Source: Solirubrobacteraceae bacterium (lineage in GTDB: Bacteria; Actinomycetota; Thermoleophilia; Solirubrobacterales; Solirubrobacteraceae). From it: 17,004 nt of DNA. How positions within the stretch are numbered: position 1 is the stretch's first letter; every line of letters starts with the position of its first letter. Below, piece by piece: positions 7,688 to 13,819 of this stretch. The position numbers and the translations under genes were made by a program. The stretch spans positions 1 to 17,004 of the forward strand of contig JBPCQX010000217.1 of NCBI GenBank assembly GCA_050997675.1. Direction: 5' to 3'. The notes beneath the pieces were generated by a model, which worked only from the letters and a program-made list of their open reading frames with translations, was not told where the DNA came from and searched no databases.

Positions 7688-7918
7688 CTACTCGGAGCCT
7701 TCGTGCGGAAGGTCGTCCTCGGTGGCCGCGACGCGCTCCAGATGGGCGATGAACTTCTCGTCTCGAAACACGGCACCCTCGGTGTCGTTCAGCACGTCCG
7801 AGAGACACTCGCGCTCCGGTCGCAGCAGCAGGGAGCCGTCCGGGCGGCGCTCAACGACATCGTAGGAGCCAACGAGGCCCGGCTCTGAGATCCTGACCCG
7901 CTTGGGTGCGACAGCCAT
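7688..7918 (-). CDS. Putative antitoxin (76 aa, acidic C-terminus)
   Basis: ATG 7918 opens MAVAPKRVRISEPGLVGSYDVVERRPDGSLLLRPE...EDDLPHEGSE, and the stop is 2 nt before the toxin GTG. Only the size, position and acidic tail support the call. The family is not recognised. Confidence 0.45.
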   Translation of the reverse strand: MAVAPKRVRISEPGLVGSYDVVERRPDGSLLLRPERECLSDVLNDTEGAVFRDEKFIAHLERVAATEDDLPHEGSE

Positions 7919-8208
7919 GGCGACATTCTGGCAGGCCCTTGCAAGCCTGAGCGGACGCGTTCGCCACGTACCTGCTCTCGACGCCAGCCCGTCCTCCGGC
8001 TCACGAGGACGATGCGTTGGGCCGCTCGTCGGCGCGAGCGCCTGCTTTCGCCGATTCCAGCAGTCGTCGATCCAGAGCGCCTGGCTACCGGAACGGAAAC
8101 GAAGGCGACACACTCGAATCCCGCTCGGGAGACCGTCGCATCGCGATTCTGCGAGCGGTTGTCCTCGGGCACAGAGCGGAAAGATCGAGGACGCATCCGA
8201 TCCGCGAG

Positions 8209-9684
8209 TCATGGGTGATCCTCCAAGCCGTCGGGCGGCCGCGCGGCCCATCGCTCGGCAGGCCGCCCCGCGGTAAGCACGCGCTCGCGCTGTGCGCGGC
8301 CGGACGCCGCGAGCTGGTCAAGCGCGGCTTGGATGCGTTCGCCGGGCACGTTGCGACTGAGCAACCGCTGTATCTGTGTGCGTGTCATTCCGCCGGGGCG
8401 TTCGGTCAGCGCGGCGTGAAGCTGCTCGGCGAGCCCGTCGCGCAGCTCAGCGCTCACATCGGCGGCGGCCCGCCGGCTGCGTGCGGCCTGCTCGATCCAG
8501 CGCTGCCGCCGGCAGTCCTCGCAATAGGGACGGCGTCCGTCCGTCAGCTCCTTGCCGCATTCTCGGCATGTCGGCGGGAGCACAGGTTTGACGCGCGCCC
8601 GACTGCGCTTGCGGGCCGGCATCCGGTCGTCGAGCGCGGCGCGATGATGCGCCAGCGTCAGCGGTGTCCTGCTCGGCACGCGCGAGTGCGCGTGCCGGGC
8701 GAGCGTGTTGGCGGTCCACTCGACCACCGGCGCGACGTGCGAGCGCCAGACCTCGCAGGTTGAGGCGAGCTGCTCTCCGAGGCGCGGGGTGATGCGGCAC
8801 GATCCCTCCTGGGTCTCGACGAACTCGCGCGCTGAGAGCGTGCGCTGAGCCAGCATGGCGAGCACGTAGGCGTCTACCGCCGGCCGGGCGGCTTCCATGA
8901 GATCGAGCGCCAGCGATGCACGTCCCTCACGGTCGGTGTGGAAGATGCCGAGGCCGGGATCGAGCCCGGTCGCATGGCACGCGAAGATCGCCTCGGCTTC
9001 GAGCAGCGCATAGAGGTAGTTGAGGATCGCGTTCGCGGGGTTGCTGGCCGTGCGCGGCCCGCCCGTAATCAGCGAGGCGCGCCGGTCAAAGCGGTGCCAA
9101 TGCTCCGGCAGCTTCACTTGCTCTCGCCGCGAGAACCGGACCGGCAGCATCGACCACGTCCTCCAATAGACCTTCGCCGCGCCACGCTCGGCCGCGAGCA
9201 GCATCGCCGTTGCGTGACCGACCTCGATCTCGGTCAACGCGCAGTCGAGCGCGTCGCGCACGTACGGCGCGGCGCCCAGCTCGGCCGCGACGGCGGCCTG
9301 ACCTCGGACCTTCTCCGCCAGCACGTGTCGGGCGACCTCCAACCCCGCCGGACCGTCCGGGGCGAGTGCCTGCGCCCGCCGGAGCCCGGCGAGATCGGCG
9401 CCCGCCGCGATCGACGCCGCGACCAGCTCCCCGCTCGTATCCACGTGCACCAGCGCGGCGCCGGTGTCGCGCAGCCACCGCAGCGCATCAAGTGTGACGT
9501 AGCCCGAGCGGCCGATGATGACGAGCCGGCGCAGCTTGCTTGTGCGATGAAACCGGCGGGTGCGTCGCTGGCGGCCGAAGCCGTCGTCGACGATCAGGTG
9601 GCGGTGCTCGACGTGGATCTTGAGTCCGTAGCCGTGGGCTACGGCGATGCCGCTCCTGGGCGGCGGGGTACGCTGGGGCTGCAT
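8209..9684 (-). CDS. cas1: Stand-alone Cas1 homolog (casposase-like integrase) with C-terminal Zn-ribbon and winged-helix-like extension
   Basis: 491 aa. The N-terminal beta domain reads GYGLKIHVEHRHLIVDDG...RLVIIGRSGYVTLDALRWLRDTGAALVHVD. The Cas1 catalytic-domain motifs are LLAAERGAAKVYW (Glu), NPANAILNYLYALLEAEA, GLDPGLGIFHTD (His) and SLALDLMEAARPAVD (Asp/Glu). A CRECG-x11-CEDC motif spans aa 373-391 (8512-8568), and a helical MTRTQIQRLLS...IQAALDQLAASGRA tail follows (about 8260-8412). Confidence 0.9.
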   Translation of the reverse strand: MQPQRTPPPRSGIAVAHGYGLKIHVEHRHLIVDDGFGRQRRTRRFHRTSKLRRLVIIGRSGYVTLDALRWLRDTGAALVHVDTSGELVAASIAAGADLAGLRRAQALAPDGPAGLEVARHVLAEKVRGQAAVAAELGAAPYVRDALDCALTEIEVGHATAMLLAAERGAAKVYWRTWSMLPVRFSRREQVKLPEHWHRFDRRASLITGGPRTASNPANAILNYLYALLEAEAIFACHATGLDPGLGIFHTDREGRASLALDLMEAARPAVDAYVLAMLAQRTLSAREFVETQEGSCRITPRLGEQLASTCEVWRSHVAPVVEWTANTLARHAHSRVPSRTPLTLAHHRAALDDRMPARKRSRARVKPVLPPTCRECGKELTDGRRPYCEDCRRQRWIEQAARSRRAAADVSAELRDGLAEQLHAALTERPGGMTRTQIQRLLSRNVPGERIQAALDQLAASGRAQRERVLTAGRPAERWAARPPDGLEDHP

Positions 9685-10664
9685 GCGGAAGCCTTCTTTC
9701 CGTGTGCCGTGCCCGCGGGCCGTGCCGGCGGTCGCGCGGGCGATTTAGCAGAGGTCTTCGGACGGTGGTAGCGTCTGCTCGGCTGCGCAGACCGGGTTCT
9801 GTGCGCTGGGCGGGCGCTGGCCGGCGCACGCTCGCGACTGAGTTCAAGAAAGCCAAGCACGGTGAGCGTGTCCAGGCAAGCGGTGTTGAGCAGGTGGTCG
9901 AGTGTTACCGGCTCGAACATCGCGCCAATGTCACGGACGCCTGCAAACTCCGACTGGCGTTCTATGTAGTCGGCCATGTGGTGGTGATGGGCAAGACGGG
10001 CGTCCTCGAACGCCCGCTCGTCGAATGCGTCGAGTCCATCGAGCCCGGTGAGTTTTGCCTCGATCGTGCGTACCCATGCTTCGGGGCTGAGTCGGGCGCC
10101 TGCCGGGCCGACCGTGCGGCTTGAGCGTTCGGGGTCAAAGAGGCGGCGAGCGGCCAGAGTAAGTGCGTCCCGGTCTACAGTCCCGGCCGTTGAACCCTCC
10201 ACGATCGCGTGGATAAGCCGCGTGCGGTCGCTTCGGGTCATATCCGCACCGCCAGCGAACAGCTCGGCGATACGCCGCGCGCTATGGCGCGCCGGCTCCT
10301 TCGGGGTTGCGCGATAGCGGCCCCCATAGGTGCGCAGAGCGCGGCGGACCTGACGGACGGGGACGTACTCGGGACCGAAATACAGCCACAGACTTACCGG
10401 CACATTGCACAGCGTCGCGGTGCGCTGCACGCCTTTGTGCATCTGGTCTAGAAGCGCCAAGAAGAGCTGGAACTGGCGCTCGGGCCAGGTGCCTTGCTCC
10501 CTACCTCCGCGCCGCCCCGCTATCCCGTGCTTGTCCGGTTGATCCAATAGCCCGTCTCTCACAAGCCCGCGAACCCACGGGAGGGACCGAGGCAGGCCGG
10601 CGGCGTCCGCTGAGCTAAGCAAGTCATCGGCTGTGTAGCGGGACTGCTGCGAGCCGAGCACCAT
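9639..10664 (-). CDS. Hypothetical protein (341 aa) upstream of and overlapping cas1
   Basis: The first ~280 aa look protein-like (VPVSLWLYFGPEYVPVRQVRRALRTYGGRY, possible N-terminal HTH LPWVRGLVRDGLLDQP). The last ~60 aa are Pro/Arg/Ala-rich low complexity. The stop at 9639 overlaps the cas1 ATG (9684) by 46 nt. No family is recognised. Confidence 0.55.
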   Translation of the reverse strand: MVLGSQQSRYTADDLLSSADAAGLPRSLPWVRGLVRDGLLDQPDKHGIAGRRGGREQGTWPERQFQLFLALLDQMHKGVQRTATLCNVPVSLWLYFGPEYVPVRQVRRALRTYGGRYRATPKEPARHSARRIAELFAGGADMTRSDRTRLIHAIVEGSTAGTVDRDALTLAARRLFDPERSSRTVGPAGARLSPEAWVRTIEAKLTGLDGLDAFDERAFEDARLAHHHHMADYIERQSEFAGVRDIGAMFEPVTLDHLLNTACLDTLTVLGFLELSRERAPASARPAHRTRSAQPSRRYHRPKTSAKSPARPPARPAGTAHGKKASACSPSVPRRPGAASP

Positions 10665-10694
10665 TCAAATGATACCGAGATCAGCGTCCAGTTT

Positions 10695-10715
10695 CGACAC
10701 CGTTTGAAGGTGTCG
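10695..10715. promoter_or_regulatory. Inverted repeat CGACACC-N7-GGTGTCG in the divergent promoter region; candidate operator
   Basis: This is a perfect 7-bp inverted repeat with a 7-nt spacer. It lies between the minus-strand 341-aa gene (start 10664) and the plus-strand RHH gene (ATG 10728). Confidence 0.4.
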
Positions 10716-10727
10716 CAAACTGCGCGC

Positions 10728-10943
10728 ATGACATCAATAGCTCTCGACAGCTCACGCCCCGCCGCGGATGACTCGCGGATCGCCCTCCGTCTCGATCGGG
10801 AAGAACGAGATGGCGTCGCCCGCTTGGCGAAGGCTCACGACCGCACTCTGAGCAGCGAGGTTCGCCGAGCGATCAGGTTCTACGTCGCGCACTTCGATCT
10901 CGTAGAACGGACGCTGCGGGAGCAGCTCGGGGTGACCCGTTGA
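10728..10943 (+). CDS. Ribbon-helix-helix (CopG/Arc/MetJ-like) DNA-binding protein
   Basis: MTSIALDSS...RIALRLDREERDGVARLAKAHDRTLSSEVRRAIRFYV follows the beta-strand, helix, helix pattern of RHH repressors. The ORF track starts at TTG 10704, but ATG 10728 is preferred. It is the first gene of the plus-strand operon. Confidence 0.72.
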   Translation: MTSIALDSSRPAADDSRIALRLDREERDGVARLAKAHDRTLSSEVRRAIRFYVAHFDLVERTLREQLGVTR

Positions 10944-11104
10944 TGCGCGGCGGCAAGGCGAAGCGAGCAGCTCGCCAGCCGTCGAATCAACCGCGAGGCA
11001 TGCTCGACGTCGCCTCATTGACGGGCCGGCCGCAGGCGACAGCGAAGAAGCTCCAGCGGAAGAAGGCCCGGATCGCGGCTCGGGTCAAGGGCGTGACGCA
11101 GTGA
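10943..11104 (+). CDS. Small basic ORF (53 aa), below the ORF-track size cutoff
   Basis: MRGGKAKRAARQPSNQPRGMLDVASLTGRPQATAKKLQRKKARIAARVKGVTQ. Its ATG overlaps the RHH stop (TGATG at 10941-10945), and its TGA overlaps the next gene's GTG (GTGA at 11101-11104). It exactly fills the gap between two genes. Coding status is inferred only from this coupling. Confidence 0.35.
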   Translation: MRGGKAKRAARQPSNQPRGMLDVASLTGRPQATAKKLQRKKARIAARVKGVTQ

Positions 11105-11895
11105 GCGCACAAACGCCGCAGACTACGGGGCTCTCGCTCGATCAGATCACGCTCGATGAGCGCGCGTGGCCGCGTGACGCACTTGACGAGGATCGCGTCA
11201 AGCTGTTCGCCGAGCTGATCCGCGACGCGCGCGACGCCGCCGGTCACGGGCAGGGGTGGACGGACCCGCTGCCGCCGCTTGTAGTCGTCGCCGACGGCCA
11301 GGGCGGCTACCTGCTGGCCGACGGCCGGCACCGCTACGAGTCACGGCGGCGGCTCGGCACCGGCTTCGATCTCGTCTCAGTCGGGGTCTTCCAGCCGGAC
11401 GGGCGGGCGCCTGCCGACCGCGCGTACGAGCTGGCGCTGCTCTGCACGCAGGGAGCTAAGCCGCTTACGACCGCCGAGAAGCGCACGGCGATCCTGCGCC
11501 TGATCGCAGAGCGTCCAGAGCTGTCGGATCGGGCGATCGCCCGGCTCGTCGGAGTCGCGCACGCCACCGTCGGCAAGTACCGGGCCGGGGTGGTCAATTT
11601 GACCACCGAGCGCTCCGCGCCCGAGGAAGCAGACGATGACGGGCGCCAGCAGCCGGACGGCCGCAACGAGCCCCTGCGCTGGGAGGTCGCTGCCCGACGG
11701 CTCGCCGAGAATGTCGCCGAGCTACTCGCCTCGTGCCGGAAGCTATTCGGCGGTCCCAACTTCAAGTCCTCCGGCCGCGAACTCTATGACGCGCTCGCAG
11801 ACCTTTACGGGGACGAGGACGCACTCGCGGTCGTCGATGAGCTGAGCGCCGTTGTCGGCAACGCCCGCGCCCGCGCGAGGAAGGTCGCGGAGTGA
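11101..11895 (+). CDS. ParB/Srx-fold (ParB-like nuclease domain) protein with HTH
   Basis: 264 aa. The ParB N-terminal core reads LPPLVVVADGQGGYLLADGRHRYESRRRLG. An HTH-like segment follows: PELSDRAIARLVGVAHATVGKYR. Confidence 0.78.
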   Translation: MSAQTPQTTGLSLDQITLDERAWPRDALDEDRVKLFAELIRDARDAAGHGQGWTDPLPPLVVVADGQGGYLLADGRHRYESRRRLGTGFDLVSVGVFQPDGRAPADRAYELALLCTQGAKPLTTAEKRTAILRLIAERPELSDRAIARLVGVAHATVGKYRAGVVNLTTERSAPEEADDDGRQQPDGRNEPLRWEVAARRLAENVAELLASCRKLFGGPNFKSSGRELYDALADLYGDEDALAVVDELSAVVGNARARARKVAE

Positions 11896-11902
11896 CGTAG
11901 CT

Positions 11903-12442
11903 ATGCGCATAGAGAACGAGCCGCGCCCGGCGGGGCACGGCTCGATCAGACGATCTGGCCCTGAAAGTCTGGTCGGGATTGTACCGTCGAAGGCCGCGGC
12001 AGACAGCCAACGCGAAGAACAGCTCGTGAGCCTGCCGGCCGGCGCCGCAGCTTTAGAACACGTCCGGGCGCGGCGGGAGTCTCCGTGCCCGTACTGCGGG
12101 AGGCTTATCCACATCGGGGACCCGATCAGCAAGACGTATGTACGTGTCGGCTCGGGTAAGGGGTGGGCATACGGTCGCTGCTCCACGCTGTGGTGGCTTC
12201 ACGCGCGCGGCGCCAAAGACGCCGATGGACGGCGACGGAGCGAGCCTCCGCTGTCGGGCGCGGGTCGAGACGAGATCAAGGCTCGGGCGCTCCGCCGCTA
12301 CCGCACAGGGCGGCAGTACATCCCGCCCGGCGAGCTGCCGGCGTTCGAGGCCGCGGCCGAGCGCGTAGCTCAGCGCCGCCTGAAGGTCCGCGACGAACGT
12401 CGCCGACTATCTGCGGGAGGTCCGCTCGATGGCGCGGGCTAG
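11903..12442 (+). CDS. Hypothetical protein (~179 aa)
   Basis: ATG 11903 lies 7 nt after the ParB-like stop, whereas the ORF-track start at 11852 would overlap that gene. The sequence contains CPYCGRLIH and a basic helical C-terminus. No family is recognised. It overlaps the next gene by 14 nt. Confidence 0.55.
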   Translation: MRIENEPRPAGHGSIRRSGPESLVGIVPSKAAADSQREEQLVSLPAGAAALEHVRARRESPCPYCGRLIHIGDPISKTYVRVGSGKGWAYGRCSTLWWLHARGAKDADGRRRSEPPLSGAGRDEIKARALRRYRTGRQYIPPGELPAFEAAAERVAQRRLKVRDERRRLSAGGPLDGAG

Positions 12443-12908
12443 AGCGATCCGCTCGGCGAACTCGTTCGCGAAGCTGACGCGGAGCCAGCGCGCAACCTAT
12501 CAGCGCACGCTCGACACGCTGTCCGGCATGCGCCGCGGGCAGTCGCTTACCGCTGCGGCGCGTCACGCCGGCACGACCCCGCGCAGCGTGCGCAGGTACG
12601 CGGGCGCGACCGTCAAGCGGTCAGGCTCCCGCTACACGCTCGGGCGCGACCGCATGTACCGGCAGATGAACGTCCTCACGAACACGGGCATCGAGCCGGT
12701 GGCAGTCAGCCGGCGCGAATCAAAGACCCTCGGGCGCTACTGGAACGCCGTCGGGCGCTATCTGCACCACGGCGACAGCTCCGAGCTTTCACAGTTCCGC
12801 GGCGTCAGTGTCGGCGGCTACGAGCTTGAAACCGCCCTTGACGTGATCGACGTGCTGGCCGCCCGCGGCCAGCTTGACTTCGAGGACATCTACGAGCTGG
12901 CGGCATGA
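12429..12908 (+). CDS. Hypothetical protein with probable HTH
   Basis: 159 aa. The segment QSLTAAARHAGTTPRSVRRY resembles a helix-turn-helix. The gene ends in an ATGA overlap with the next gene (12905-12908). Confidence 0.6.
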   Translation: MARARAIRSANSFAKLTRSQRATYQRTLDTLSGMRRGQSLTAAARHAGTTPRSVRRYAGATVKRSGSRYTLGRDRMYRQMNVLTNTGIEPVAVSRRESKTLGRYWNAVGRYLHHGDSSELSQFRGVSVGGYELETALDVIDVLAARGQLDFEDIYELAA

Positions 12909-13819
12909 CCGAACACGGTCACAGTCAGACCGAACGCTGCACGATCTGCGCCACCACCACCGGCCGGTTCGAGCGCCACCACATCGCGCTACGCGCGAAT
13001 CATCCGGGCGCAACCGTCACGCTCTGCCGCGACTGCCATGCCGCCCAGACCGAGCGCCAGTATGACGCCGGGCTGATTAACCGTCGCAGCACGTCGCCCA
13101 GCGACCCGGCCCTCGCGCTGCTCCACCCGCTCACCGAGGGAATCGCCGGCATCTTCGCCGCCGTCTTCGCCGCTCAGGCTCGTCATGCCGACGCCGCCGA
13201 TCTTGGCATGCGCAACGAGTGCTCCCGTCGTCTCACCCTCCGACTGCTCGCCGTGACCTCTCCCGATCGTCCCGGCGCCCTCGGCCCGCGCCCGATCTTA
13301 AACGACCGCCGACACAGGCGCCGGCAGGAGCTAGTCACGCCGGTCCCGAGTGTCGACGAATTGCTCGAAGCGCTCGCAGCCGTCTACCCCGCGCTGGCGG
13401 CCGCGATCACCGGGACGCTGCCGGGCAGCGTCGAGCTGCTTGAAGGCTTCACCGTAGAGGACGCGGCCCGACTACTCTCACCGTCCGGCGCCCGCAGGCT
13501 TGCCCGCAACCTCGCCACGCTCCATGCTCACCCGCGCGCCGGAGAGCTTGAGGGCATCATCGAGCGCGACTTCAACGCGGCTTTGGCCACGGTCGCGCAG
13601 CTCACCACCGCCACCATGGCGGATGCGCTCGGAGAGCCCACGGAGATCGACTTCGAGCAGCTCGTCGGGACCGTGCGCGGCTTCTACGCGCTCGCCGAGC
13701 ACTGGATCGAGCTGATGTCCGCGCTCGCGTCAACCGCGCAGCCGGCGAACGCTCACGCAGCATTCGAGCGTTTCCTTCACCGGCGGGCGCCAGCGTCGAC
13801 CGACAGGCCCGCGGCGTGA
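12905..13819 (+). CDS. HNH endonuclease domain protein with a long helical C-terminal region
   Basis: 304 aa. The N-terminus CTICATTTGRFERHHIALRANHPGATVTLCRDCHAAQT matches the CxxC...HH...N...CxxCH HNH/zinc pattern. The remaining ~240 aa are Ala/Leu-rich and unassigned. Its stop overlaps the polB GTG (GTGA at 13816-13819). Confidence 0.78.
   Translation: MTEHGHSQTERCTICATTTGRFERHHIALRANHPGATVTLCRDCHAAQTERQYDAGLINRRSTSPSDPALALLHPLTEGIAGIFAAVFAAQARHADAADLGMRNECSRRLTLRLLAVTSPDRPGALGPRPILNDRRHRRRQELVTPVPSVDELLEALAAVYPALAAAITGTLPGSVELLEGFTVEDAARLLSPSGARRLARNLATLHAHPRAGELEGIIERDFNAALATVAQLTTATMADALGEPTEIDFEQLVGTVRGFYALAEHWIELMSALASTAQPANAHAAFERFLHRRAPASTDRPAA

Noticed and set aside
8036-8083. The direct 9-mer GAGCGCCTG repeated 39 bp apart (8036-8044 and 8075-8083)
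   Set aside because: A short GC-rich word in GC-rich DNA is expected by chance. No further periodicity is present.
7688-8251. The 187-aa minus-strand ORF as one gene
   Set aside because: The upstream 111 codons are Arg/Gly/Ser-rich with no protein-like pattern, and they overlap the cas1 3' end. Only the last 76 codons, from ATG 7918, are kept as the antitoxin candidate.
8017-9771. Long plus-strand ORFs (8017-8763, 8938-9771 and smaller ones) opposite cas1
   Set aside because: These are typical antisense shadow ORFs of high-GC coding DNA, with Arg/Ala/Pro/Gly-dominated translations and no motifs. The cas1 frame fully explains the region.
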